A program made the position numbers and the translations under genes. Source: Callorhinchus milii (lineage: Eukaryota). From it: 64,000 nt of DNA. Below the pieces are notes generated by a model. It did not search any database, had not been told where the DNA came from, and saw only the letters and a program-made list of their open reading frames with translations. This document shows positions 1 through 12,059 of this stretch, in pieces. The stretch spans positions 80,788,001-80,852,000 of the forward strand of contig NW_024704743.1 in the NCBI RefSeq assembly GCF_018977255.1, given 5' to 3'. The stretch's first letter is position 1; every line of letters starts with the position of its first letter.

Positions 1-616
1 GGAGTGAGCAACCAAGGAGATTGATGGAATTGGCATCAGAGACAAAAAGGATGGCATCCTAAAAACAAGATGGCTTTAGTTTTGTTGACATTCAGCTAAA
101 GGAAGTTTAACAATAACAACAATAATCCTGGAATTTAGGGTAGAAGTGAAGAGGGAGGATGGGTGTCATTTGCAGACATGTGGAATTGCAGCCAATACCT
201 GCAATGATGTGACCAACAGTGAGTATATAAATAAGAATTTGAGTAGAAATCTGGTGAATACCGCAGCAGACCATTGCAGGGGCAAGAGGTTAAGTCAGTA
301 GGTGACATTTGATGAAAAGTAGACATAATTTCTGGTTATTACAACAACTTGCATTTATATAGTGCCCTTCATACAAGGCAGTGTTTCCCAGCGCTGGGCA
401 GCCGTGTAGTTTTTGACACCAATCCGGGAGAAAGGGGAGGTGATCTTAGGCACAATCAACCAAGACTTTAAGTGTGATTTGAAGAAGGCTAAAGAAAGGC
501 ACAAGGCTGAGGGATTGAGACAGAGTAATCCAGAGGTTTTGGGCACAGTGGTTTAATAAGTTTGCTAGATGGACCCAGTGGGATACTCCTGCCTGAAATT
601 GTTACTGTGTAAGTGA

Positions 617-730
<114 letters not shown>

Positions 731-1129
731 TGAGTACCAACAATGAAAATTAGCAGTAATTTAATATAAACTTTGAAGACGACATCTCTTAATCACAAAG
801 AAGGGGAAAGGTTGCTGCCCTTACAGTTCAGTTTTGTGTGCACCTAAGTAAAGCTGTTAGTCTTATTCATGGTATGTTCCTAATCTGTTTTAAGGAAGCC
901 TGCCAATAGAAGGTGCAGGAATGTGTTATAGAAATATTCTCATCCATCTTCCCGATCCAACCCCTCTCCTTCCTTGTGGACAGGTGCACAACCTTTTGTT
1001 CAAAGACGTAGCTAAAAGATGCTTTTTTCAGGGATCAACCCAGGGTAGACCCCAAGTCCCTAGGCACACACGTGAAGCGAGTTAACCAGAGATTGGCTGC
1101 TCCTCATAGAAATTTGTCTCAGTGTGTAA

Positions 1130-1414
<285 letters not shown>

Positions 1415-2080
1415 ATAACCTACAAAATAAGGGCAAGATTACACAAGAACAAAGAAATACAAACAAAACACAGAAAGCCTTTGCAGTTGTCAAACACTTA
1501 CCTCAACTCTGTGTTGAACAAGTCCACACTATTGTTTAATTGATGAGAAAAAATCTAGGTTCCCCTCCTGCATCCAGCCGAGTAACAGATTAGCGCTTTG
1601 GCAAAACATGAAACTTTGTATTGCTGTCACCAAATTATTTAAATGGATTGCCATTTTATAAGAAATTCCCCTTGGGTAACTCACAATATGGTGTGGTTTG
1701 AGTATCCAATCCTGGAATGCACAAGATTTGTGCCTGCTCTGTGCTGAGTTAGACAATCTTAGTTGATACACCAGTTGGGTACTACAATCATCCTCAATCT
1801 CCCCCTGAATATGGAGGAGGGAAAAAATCAGTCAAGATTCCCACTCTTAATCATTCTCCCTAAGGGTAGGACTGGTCTCGATTGTGATAACATCCCACCT
1901 GTAATGGACAAAAAGGATACCAACAATCCATTGTGTGTGTAGGGTCACACATGAAGAATGATTGATTGGGCAATAGCGTGGGTCAGGAGAGGGGAAAATT
2001 GCGAGGGGGTAGGAGGGAAGAAGATAAATAAATAACAAGTGCTGATTGTGGCTTTCGACTAAATTAGACATCTGCTCATG

Positions 2081-2394
2081 AAATTGGAGAAGAACTACTT
2101 GGATATAGATTTACTTTATGTAGCATTTCAGAGCGTACAACATTTTTCAAATTGTTGAATTCAGTCTTAACTTCGCATTTGGTTTTCTGTAGTTCTTAAA
2201 CAAACTTGCAGAATGATTACTTGGCCAATGATTCAGCAAGTTCTTTTTGCTTGGGCAATCATTCTGCAAGTTCTTTTAAGAACTACACATAAGCTTTCAC
2301 ATTAAGGCTGTATTTAAGACTTCTCTAAAATGCTACAGAAATAGAGGAAAATCTCGACCAAGCTGAAATTTGCAACCAGAGGTGCTTCCAATTT
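2081..2394. mobile_element. Palindromic MITE-like element in the probable SQLE 3'UTR
   Basis: Inner arms 2189-2218 and 2257-2286 are reverse complements with 2 mismatches. Weaker complementarity extends out to aaattggag...cttccaattt. A related fragment lies at about 52580-52700. Confidence 0.55.
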
Positions 2395-3188
2395 TTATTT
2401 GCGCTGTTCCAACCCAAACATTCACAGAAAGTACATATGGTACTTTGAAACTTGAATAGTTTTCCAATCGAAGGCAGTGGCTTTGTGAGCAGGCAATTAT
2501 TATTTATAATCGATCTAATTTATAATCTATAGATTTAACTAAAATCCAAATTTACCTAACACTTTTGACAGTAACACATTCCAGGGATAAATGCCTTATT
2601 GAATCAACTTGTGGGACCCAATTTATTTCTCAGCAGTACTACTGTAGTCCATACTGTAGTCCATCAATTTAGTTAAAAAGAGGAACCAGAGAAGTGACTC
2701 TGGTGGTATATCAATGTGGGACCCCTCCCCCATTTCCCCCGTAACCCAGGACTCAAAGTGGGTTAGTTTACTCAGCTTTCAGCCAACCCACCAGGCAGAA
2801 TTCTTTGTAGTCGCAGAGTGCCTGCTCCTCAAAGGGGAGAGAATCGCAGGCAGAGAGTATTGTGTGTCAATGACTCTTAGCCCACCTCAGAGCAGCATTG
2901 AAGGCCCTATAGAGGACTCACTGGCTGACGGTATCATTCTCTATGCCTACAAAATACCCAAATCCTGTGAGATATTCTTCTGATGTGAAAAGCGCTGTAT
3001 CAAATGGAAGGATTATAATAAAGAACAAAACATGATGGCCAGAGACACTTACTGATCACTGACGCTAATGAATGTTTAATTCTGCTGCTTATAATCTGTT
3101 TTCTATTATAGTAGTTAACGGCACAAAATTTGGTCATTTTCCTTTGTAATATGGTTACCCTATACTTTTATTCTGAATGGCTATTGGA

Positions 3189-3221
3189 TGCAGTACTGAT
3201 GTGCAACCACTAGATGTCACT
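3189..3221 (+). promoter_or_regulatory. Candidate CTCF site (core plus upstream motif)
   Basis: CCACTAGATGTCAC (3207-3220) fits the CCASYAGRKGGCRS core with one mismatch. TGCAGTAC lies at the spacing expected for the upstream (ZF9-11) motif. Confidence 0.55.
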
Positions 3222-3409
3222 TGTGTTATTATTAACAAAGCATTACAGCAACATCTAGAGATAGCAAACAGGTCCTGTATTTCCTCGCAGTACCAATACT
3301 TGTAGATTTTGTCTCATTCCTTATATAAAAACAAAATTTGTGCCAAACTCAATGGAAGCAGGGCAATCACATCCTCTTTTTGTTTTGGTCAGCCGGGTGT
3401 CATGCAGCC

Positions 3410-3595
3410 CACCTCCACATGGAAATCCCATAGACAGATTGTTGGAATGAAATGTGCACTCTCTCCTTGGAGGGACACATCCTGCTTACCTAATTCCGAA
3501 AAGTACTAGGCGCAGGTTAGCAAGAGCCAAGGCTTGGGACCCGAGAGTGCATTGAGATACTTAACTGCTGGATTCTAACTAGTTAAAACCAAATT
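3410..3595 (+). repeat. Old unclassified interspersed repeat
   Basis: The motif cacatggaaatcc...gattgttggaatg..aatgtgc.ctctct.c.tggagggacacatcc...cctaattccg...gcaagagccaagg recurs at about 52955-53070 (+) and, reverse-complemented, at about 28890-29010, 32380-32510 and 61530-61710. Confidence 0.6.
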
Positions 3596-3801
3596 GCTTG
3601 CCATTGATAGTAGTGTCTGGCAAGCTTTCCCACACTCTGTCTCATAAGTTTACATCTGAAATTTGTGTGCCGTATTAAAATTGTATATAATGTATAATTG
3701 TAAAATGAGTGAAGAATTTCCACTGGCTATATTTGTTCATTGCCTTTCGTTAATCTGCCATTCATTCTATGAATGTTCTATATTGGTATGTAACACATTT
3801 T

Positions 3802-3807
3802 ATTAAA
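3802..3807 (+). terminator. Candidate SQLE polyadenylation signal (ATTAAA)
   Basis: ATTAAA ends an AU-rich UTR-like stretch just before SINE sequence begins. An alternative ATTAAA is at 3674-3679. No transcript evidence. Confidence 0.3.
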
Positions 3808-3933
3808 AGGTTTATCATTTGGCCAAAACTGGTAAAGATTTTATGTTTCGCCCACAAAATATACAGTTAATTCACTTTACAGTATATTCTGTGAAGCGCT
3901 TTGAGACATCTCAAAAACGTGATAAGGTGCTCA

Positions 3934-4237
3934 TGGAGTCCTGTAGCTCAGTGGTTAGAGCACTCGCCTTGCAAGCGAGATACTTGGGTTCAATTCCAGG
4001 CAGGGCGAAACCTTGGGCAAGTTTCCTTACTCCACACGCCTAATAATAATCCCTCCAAAACAATAATAAGTTGGTCATTTTCAAGCCACGACTGTTTCTG
4101 GGACACTGGTGTGCGCAATTGGCTGCCGTATTTTGCCCACAAATATATGGTCAATTCACTTTACAGTATTCTGTGAAGCGCTTTGAGATGTCGAGAAGAC
4201 GTGAAAAGTGCTATATCAAATGCAAGGATTATTATTT
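3934..4237 (+). mobile_element. tRNA-derived SINE (tRNA-Ala-like head, Deu-domain-like body, L2-like tail)
   Basis: A-box (tagctcagtggt), TGC anticodon-like loop, B-box (ggttcaattcc) and a tail ...gctatatcaaatgcaaggattattatt. Many copies occur in the window. Confidence 0.9.
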
Positions 4238-4398
4238 AATGTACTATATTTAACACTTATTAGATTCTAATTATACCAAATATAAGCACCATTGTTTATT
4301 ATTATTACTCATCCCTGCGAAACATGTCAAAGTGCTTTATAAAAATTCTTAAGTGTTGTGCTTCAGTCAAATCCAGCCATTGTGTGTTTCACATGGTA

Positions 4399-4417
4399 TA
4401 ACACTAGATGGCACTAT
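4399..4417 (+). promoter_or_regulatory. Candidate CTCF site
   Basis: ACACTAGATGGCACTAT matches the CTCF core apart from the first C, and has the same orientation as the 3207 site. Confidence 0.5.
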
Positions 4418-5134
4418 GGACTATAATAACAATCCCTCATCACTAATATCAGCCCGTAGAACAGCTCATAGATTTTAGTGTAAATCATGCAGCAGTGGTC
4501 AACCTTTTTGTTCGGCTTCTTCTTGATGCTACTTTGGGGTCATTAAGATGTGGCTTGTCAAATGCCTGCACCAATCCAGGTAAGTCCGCCCCAAATCAAT
4601 ATTTTGATTACAGTAGCTACTGAGCTGCGGGACCATAAATGAAGAAAAATATAATAAAGAAAGTTTTATTGGGTTGGCCGCCTGAAAAGATTGGCCATCA
4701 CAGAAGAAGAATAGAGCATAATCGCAGGAGGGAATAATGGGTAAGAGTTAGAGTTGTACAAAGCATTGGCCTAACTTCACATGGAGTGGTGTGTTCAGTT
4801 CTGGATTGCAATAAGTACTCCCAGTATGGATTGTAATCCAGGTGCTCTTTCTGAATACAGGGATTTTAATGCCCCAAATCCCAGGATGGAAAATCTTTCC
4901 TCGGAAAATGCCAGGAAACTTGGCCAAGAGCACAGGTGCTGCACAGCAACCTCTCCCCAAAACAGTCACTTACCCACTCCCCTCCTCACCCCTGACAACA
5001 AGGGACTGACTGAGGCAGGGAGGGAGAGGGTTAGTGATGAGTAGATTTATTGATAAGAGAAAGTGGCATATACAGAAAGTGTGACAGAAAAAAAGGCAAT
5101 GACACGTGCAGATGCTGAGAGAGAGAGAGACATA

Positions 5135-5375
5135 TACACACACTTGCATTTATAGAGCACCCTCATGCAGGGTAGCGTCTCAGGAACTCTTGACAGTTGT
5201 GGAGCACATTGTGAGCCGGAGGGAGGGCAGAGGTGATTGTAAGTATTGTCGAAGAGGAAGGTTTTCAGCCACGACCTGAAGATGGGGAAGGAGGGGGCAA
5301 GGTGGGGATTTTGAGGGAGAGTGTTCCAGAGCTTAGGAGAGTAGTAGCTGAAAGTGCAGGATTCACAGAGAATGT
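5135..5375 (-). mobile_element. L2 LINE 3' fragment
   Basis: Encodes FSYYSPKLWNTLPQ...LKTFLFD and carries an L2-type 3' tail. Confidence 0.75.
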
Positions 5376-5847
5376 TAATGAGGCATAAGGAAAGAATTAA
5401 AATAAAATGTTTACAGAAATACTGAAAAATATGGTGGCCTTGATCACCAAGAACATGACTTCTGATAAGGAGAATTGGAAAAAACACTTGGAATAAACTA
5501 TGTCAGTTGGCATCCGTTATTGCATCTAGTGATAGTGGCTGCTACCATTATTGCATCTAGTGATAGTGGTTCAGTGCCCTTTGGATCACTATTGACTGTT
5601 AAACTGTAATAAAGGAAACAATCTTTTAACATCCAAATTGTATGCACACTGCTTCATTATTAAATAAAAATAGTTTCCTTACAGAGGGTCATTGGCCCTA
5701 AAGGGAGAGAGGAAGAAAGAATGTCAAAAACAGAGAAAGAGACAGTGACATACACAAGAGAGACCGATAGAAAGTGAAAAATGGAACAGCAACAGCAAAA
5801 TAGATAAACATAACACAAATATCAAAAAAACTGAGGGGTTTGTGTTT

Positions 5848-7098
5848 GTGACACACAAAATCCTTTCTATCTGTGATGAGGGCTCCGTCTGCTTCCTCAT
5901 CCTCCTGGACATCTCCGCCACGTTCGACACAGTCGATCACGCCATCCTCCTCCACCGCCTGTCCTCCATCATCCACCTCAGTGGGACTGCACTCACTTGG
6001 TTCGAGTCCTACCTTACAACCCACCAACACTACATTCCTGCAAATGGCTTATCTTTACGCTTCCACCCGGTCACCTGTGGGATACCCCAGCGATCCATCC
6101 TTAGTCCCCTTCTCTTCCTCATCTATATGCTCCCTCTCGGTGATGTCATCTGCAGACACAGGGTTCACTTCCACATGTATGTGGATGACACAACTCGACT
6201 TTTCCACCTCCAGCTGCAACCCCCAATCCCCTGATGTTCTGTCAGCTTGTCTGTCGGACATCAAGAGCTGGATGAGCGCAAACTTCCTGCAGTTAAACAT
6301 GAACATACACTTTGGCTCCCATCAACATCTTCTGTCCCATAGTTCCAAACTCCTCAACCTACCCGACTTGTCTTTAAAACTCTCCGAGCCCGTGCGCAAC
6401 TTAAGCGTCAGGATGTATATCCAGTTATCCTTCCTCCCCATATCCAGTCCCTGATCAACACCGCTTTCTTCCACCTTCGCCACATTGCCCGTTTCTGACA
6501 ATACCTCATCCCAAAAGCTGCCAAAACCCTTGTCCATGCCTTCGTCACCTCTCGGCTGGACTACTCTAACACTCTCCTCGCCAGTCTCCACTATTCACAA
6601 AATTCAGCTAATTAAAACTCTGCCACCCGCATTCTCACCCGCACCAAACTCCACACCCGAATTACTCCAGTCCTTGCCAAACTCCACTGGTTTCCTGTCA
6701 CAGAGCGGATCGACTTCAAGATCCTCACTCTAGTGTTTAAATCCCTCTATTCCTTGGCACCCTCCTATCTCTCTAACCTCCTCTCTCTCCACAGCAGTAC
6801 CCGCTGCCTCCGCTCTACTGGGTCCGGCCTCCTCTGTGTCCCCCGAATCCTCCGCTCCACTATCAGCGGCCGTGCCTTCAGCCAGTATGCCAGGAAACTT
6901 TGGAACTCCCTCCCTCAACCCCTTCACCTCGCCCTCTCCTTCCCTATCTTCAGGTCACGCCTGAAGATCTTCCTCTTCGACCACACCTACGGTCACCTGC
7001 CTCCTCCCCTTGGCTCAGCCTCGGGCTCCACCATTGTTAAGGGTTCTGAGATGCAGCCGAGCGTGGAGGGCGCTACATAAATGCAAGTTGTCATTGTT
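5848..7098 (+). mobile_element. L2 LINE, 5'-truncated (RT C-terminal half plus 3' end), frameshifted
   Basis: LLDISATFDTVDHAILL, GIPQRSILSPLLF, HMYVDDT and the L2 ORF2 C-terminus (RAFS..A.KLWNSLP); tail gcgctacataaatgcaagttg. Confidence 0.9.
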
Positions 7099-7410
7099 GG
7101 GGGGTGGGTGCGGGGGGAGAGAGGGGGTGGAGGGGGTGTGAGCACAGTCAAATAGAGAGAGAGAGAAAGAAAGCAACGCAGCAATTGACGTAAAGGCTAT
7201 GGGAGAGGGAGAGTGGGAAATCACAGGGTTCCAACAGAAAGAGCAAAAGAAAAGGAATGAGAATGAAGGGAGGGGAAATTTTGCGAAGGGCTAACTGTCT
7301 CACTTTGAAACTGTATTGCTTTTGGTTTCCAAAGGCCACTTCACAAGAAAAGGGAGGAAAAGATTGCAAAAGTTGGGAATTTTTACATTGGAGACGGTCA
7401 TATCAAAACA

Positions 7411-7855
7411 AAAACAGAAGTCGCTGGGAACACTCAGCAGGTCAGGCAGCATCTATGGAGAAAGGAAAGTGAGTCAACGTCTCAGGTCCACAACACTTCG
7501 TCAGAACTGGAGCATGTTGGGAGGGAGAGGCTTTTAAGGGCTAACAGAAATGGGGGAGGCAGGGCAAGGAAGACAAAGGAGAAAATGGGGTAGAGGACAG
7601 GGTGGTAGGGTGGGGGAAGATTGCAACAAAATAGACAGACCATAGAGAGAAAAGGTGCGTCTGGGACCCAAATGATATGGTAATGGTCAATATTGATTTC
7701 AACAATTTCAGACCATAACAGCTCACCTTCCCCTTCTTCTGTGACCATTATCACATCGTCTGGGTCCCAGACACACCTATTTCTCTCTCCTCTGAGTATT
7801 CCAGTGACTTCTGTTTTTGTTTCAGATTTTCAGCACCTGCAGTATTTTGCATTTT
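7411..7855. mobile_element. Penelope-like non-autonomous element with inverted ends and a 15-bp TSD
   Basis: TSD ggtcatatcaaaaca at 7396-7410 and 7856-7870. Ends are inverted (about 7405-7436 vs 7792-7822), with an internal inverted pair at 7649-7690/7741-7782 and a degenerate hammerhead-like core at about 7474-7505 (-). Confidence 0.65.
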
Positions 7856-7944
7856 GGTCATATCAAAACATTCTTGCAAGGTGAAGTAAAATGTGGAGAG
7901 GGAGTGCTATTTGGTAGGAGGGGATGTGAAGGATTACAACAACA

Positions 7945-8520
7945 ACAACAACTTGGATTTTTATAGCGCCCTCCACGCTGGACGGCGTCTCAGAGCACTT
8001 TACAGTAACGGATCCCGGGACCGAGTCAGGGGGAGGGGGAGGAAGGTGACCAAAGGCGCGGTTGAAAGGAAAGGCCTTCAGCAGAGACCTGAAAATGGGA
8101 AGGAAGGGAACGAGACAAAGGGAGTGAGGAAGGCAGTTCCAAAGACTCGGGGCATAGTGACTGAAGGCACGGCCGCTGAGGGTGGAGCGGAGGACTCGGT
8201 GGCTGAGGAGGAGGCCAGACCCGGAGGAACGAAGGCAACAGATACTGTTTAATCAGAAATCCCTTTGATATGATACTGATGCATATATGTGTTGTAACTA
8301 AGTACTTTGAGATGTTTTCATGTTATACAACAACAACAAAATTGCACTTGTAAAGCGCCTTTCACGTCGGGAGGATGTCTCAAGGCGCTGGACAAAGTTA
8401 TGTACCCGAGCTGGGGGTCGGGGTGGGGGGAGGGCAGGGGTGAAGCAGGGAGATCGGAAGCACGGTCGAAGAGGTGGGTCTTGAAGGTGGCGAGGGAGGG
8501 GGCAAGACGGAGGGACTGCA
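7945..8520 (-). mobile_element. Two adjacent L2 3' fragments (about 7945-8240 and 8329-8520)
   Basis: (GTT)n tails, 3' hairpins and L2 ORF2 C-terminal peptides (LRLAPSLATFKTHLFDRA). Confidence 0.75.
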
Positions 8521-8596
8521 GGACTATTACTCTATTACTGAGACGTGGTTCCAGGGAGACCAAGGGTGGGAGCTAAACATTCCAGGGTATTCAACG

Positions 8597-11590
8597 TCAT
8601 AGAATTATACAGCACCTAAAGAGGCCATTTGGCCCATCGCGTCTGCGGTGGCTCCTAAAAGAGTAATCCAACTCAATCCCACTGGCCCGCTTTCTTTCCA
8701 TAGCCCTGCAATCCTGTCCTCCCCAAATACCCATCTACTTCTCTCTTACAAGTTGTTGAATTGGCTTCCACTACCCTTTCAGGAAATGCATTCCAGATCC
8801 GAACAACTCGTTGGGTGACATTTTTTTCCTAACCTCTCCTCTGTTTCTTTTAACAGCTATCTAAGATCAGTGTCCTCGGGTTACTGACCACATGCCAGTG
8901 GAAACAGTTTTTCCCGGTTCAACCTATCAAATCCTCTCATGATCTTGAAAACCTCTATTAAATCCCCTCTTAATCCTCTCTGCTCTAGGGAGAATAATCC
9001 TAGTTTCGCTAACCTCTCCTCATAACTAAGGTCCTTCATTCCTAGTATCATCCTGGTAAACCTCCTTTGCAACCTCTCCAATGCCCTAACATCTTTCCTA
9101 AAGTGCAGTGCCCAGAACTGAACGCAGTACTCCAACTGAGGCCTAACCAGCATTTTATAAATATTCAACATAACCTCCTGACTTTTGTATTCTATGCCCC
9201 TATTTATAAAACCTAGTATCCTGTATCTTTTTTTTTAAACAGCTTTATCTACCTGTCCTGCCACCTTCAGAGATTTGCTTATCTGGATCCCCAGGTCTCT
9301 GTTCATTTGTCCCCTTTAAGATTGTACCGTCAGCTTATACGGCCTCTCCTCATTCTTCCTAACAAAATGTAACACTTTGGATTTCTCCACATTAAACCTC
9401 ATCTGCCACGTTTCTGCTCATTTTACCAAATGTCTAAGTCCTCTTGGAGTGTCCTACCGTGGAATCTGGTGCTATCCTCCTCACCATTAACTACTTTTCC
9501 TAGCTTAGTATCATCTGCAAATTTGGAAATTGTGCTCCCTATATCCAGGTCCAGATCATTAATATAGATCAGAAAGAGCAGTGGTCCCAATACCAACCCC
9601 TGAGGGATACCACTACACACTTCCCTCCAGTCAGCAAAGCAACCGTTTACTACCACTCTCTGCTTTCTGTCTCCTAGCCAGTTCTGGATCCATGTTGCCA
9701 CATATCCTTTAATACCATGGGTTTCTATTTTGTTTATAAGTCTATTAAGTGGCACTTTGTCAAATGCCTTTTGAAAATCTAGATAAACTACATCTACTGA
9801 ACTATCTTCATCCACCCTCTCAGTCACTTCAAAAAATTCTATTAGGTTTGTCAGACATGATCTGCCTTTAACAAATCCGTGTTGACTGTTCTTTATTAAA
9901 TCGTATTTTTCCAGAAAAGAAGTTTCTTTTCAGAAGTTTCCCTATTACTGATGTTAGGCGGATTGGCCTGGAGTTCTCAGGTTTATCCTTCTGCCTCTTT
10001 TTGTACAGGGGAGGAACTTTTTTCACCTTTCAATCCTCTGGCACCACTCCAGTGTCCAAAGAGGATTGAAAGATTGTGGCCAGAGCCTCCACTATTTCCA
10101 CCCTGCTTCCCTCAGTAACCTAGGATGCATCCGGTTCGGACCAAGTGATTTATTTATGTTGAGCACCGACAGCCTTTTTAGTACCTCCTCTGTTGATTTT
10201 TATGATATCCAATTTCTGTTCACATGCCTGCGATATTCTGGCATTGGTTGCATTGTCTTCTTTTGTGAAGACAGTTACAAAGTACTTATTTAGTACATCA
10301 GTCAGGCCCTCTGCCTCAACAAGATTTCCACTTGGGTCCCTAATTGGACCCACCCTACCTTTTACTTTTACTTTTGATATGCTTGTAAAATTCCTTAGGG
10401 TTCCCTTTTTTGTTTCCTGCTAATCTTTTCTCGTACAACCGCTTCACCCTTCTTATTTCCCTTTTCACTTCTCCTCTGTACTTCCTATATTCTACTTGAT
10501 TATCCTGTATGTTTTGGACCTGACATTTGTCATAAGCCTCCTTTTTCTGTTTTATTTTAATCCCAATTTCCTTAGTCATCCAGGGAGGTTTGACTGTTGA
10601 ATGTATTTGCTCTGTCTCTTAACTACCTCCCCCTTGAAGGCTTCCTATTGTTCGTTTGCTGTCTTATCTGCCAATCTATCTTGACCAGGTCCCTTTTTCA
10701 CTCACTGAAATTAGCCCACTTCCAGTTGAGGGTCTTTACCTTTGATTGATTGTTGTCCTTTTCCATAACTATTCTAAACCTAATGATATTACGACCGCTG
10801 TTATCCAGATGCTCTCCTACTGAAACCTGCTCCACTTGCCCCACTTCATTTCCCAGAACTAAATCCAGCACTGCTTCCTTCCTCATTGGGCTGGAAACCT
10901 ATCAATCCAGAAAGTTCTCCTGCACACATTTTAGGAATTCCTCCCCTTCCTTGCCCTTTACACTGTGTGCTTCCCCAGTCTATGTTAGGATAATTTAAAT
11001 CCTCCATTATCACTACTCTACTGGTTTTGCATCTCTCCGAAATCTGCTTGCAGATTTGCTCATCTATCTCCTTTCCACTATTTGGAGGTCTATAGTAAAT
11101 ACCTAACATAGTAATAGCTCCTTTTCTGCTCCTTAACTCTAACCAAATAGATTCAATTTTTGGACCCTTTAACACATCGTCCTTTTCCAGGATCATGACC
11201 GTGTCCCTAACAAGTATTGCCACCGCTCCTCCTTTTTTTCCCCTTCCCTATCCCTCCCGAATAGGTTGTAGCCAGGAATATTCAGCTTCCATTACTGTCC
11301 TTCTCTTCGACCGTGCCTTCAGCTCCCCTCTCGACTCTCTAACCCCTCCTCGCTTCCTCCCCTCACCCTGACCATTTCCCCCCTGCTCGGGTCCCGACCC
11401 AACTGTCCAGCACGTTGGGACGTCCTCCCAACGTGAAAGGCGCTCTATAAATGAAATCTTGTTGTTGTCCTTGTTTGAGCCAAGTCTCTTTAATTGCCAC
11501 TACGTCATAGCTCCATGTGGTAACTTGAGGCTGCAGCTCACCAAGCTTATTGGTCACGCTCCGTGCATTTACACACATGCACTCTAATAC
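8597..11590 (-). mobile_element. CR1 LINE ORF2 (APE endonuclease plus RT), degenerate
   Basis: CVNARSV (EN start), IYYRPPNS, DLNYPNIDW, LDLVLGN, VYLDFQKAFDKVP, GIPQGLVLGPLLFLIYINDLD, KFADDTKL, LVRPQLEYCVQFW; CR1 3' tail at about 8597. Confidence 0.92.
11303..11465 (+). mobile_element. Short L2 3' end inserted into the CR1 endonuclease region
   Basis: L2 tail ...gggacgtcctcccaacgtgaaaggcgctctataaatg(ttg)n with TSD tgtcctt (11296-11302, 11466-11472). Similar short copies at about 50177-50408 (-) and 55870-56050 (+). Confidence 0.75.
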
Positions 11591-11687
11591 CAGCTTAATC
11601 TGCTCTACATTTCTCCCCCGTCTTTCTACTCTTTGCTGGACTATTCCTTGGTTAATTTCTATTTGTCTCTCCTAATCCACTATGTAA

Positions 11688-12003
11688 TAATAATAATAAT
11701 CCTTGCATTTGATATAGCACTTTTCACGTCGGGAGGACGTCCCAAAGCGCCTCACAGAACACACTGTAAAGTGAATTGACTGTATATTTGTGGGCGAATG
11801 CGGCAGCCAATTGCGCACAGCAATGTCCCACAAACAGTCGTAGATTGAAAATGACCAATTTATTATTGTTTTTGGTTTTGGAGGGATTATTATTAGGCAT
11901 GTGGAGTAAGGAAACTTGCCCAAGGTTTCGCCCTGCCTGGAATTGAGCTCAGGTCTCTCACTTGCAAAGCGAGTGCTCTAACCACTGAGCGATAAGACTC
12001 CAC
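11688..12003 (-). mobile_element. tRNA-derived SINE, full length, with TSD
   Basis: Complete head and tail; TSD tccactatgtaa at 11676-11687 and 11999-12010; inserted between CR1 ORF1 and ORF2. Confidence 0.92.
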
Positions 12004-12059
12004 TATGTAACTTGTTTCCCCTCCCTAATACTACATTCTGATCCCCATTGCCCCTCAAA

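Noticed and set aside
3934..4010. tRNA-Ala(TGC)-like gene
   Set aside because: It is the head of a multi-copy SINE, continues into SINE body and tail, and has no proper acceptor stem or Pol III terminator.
4493..4700. cagtggtcaacc... as a hAT transposon end
   Set aside because: No matching second TIR or TSD was found by eye.
5519..5570. Duplicated ttgcatctagtgatagtgg as further CTCF sites
   Set aside because: It lacks the GGC/GTC part of the core and is better explained as a local 30-bp tandem duplication.
11672..11923. Recurrent MGKFPYST...KDYYYY ORFs (also 49322, 63333, 36893)
   Set aside because: Incidental translations of SINE copies.
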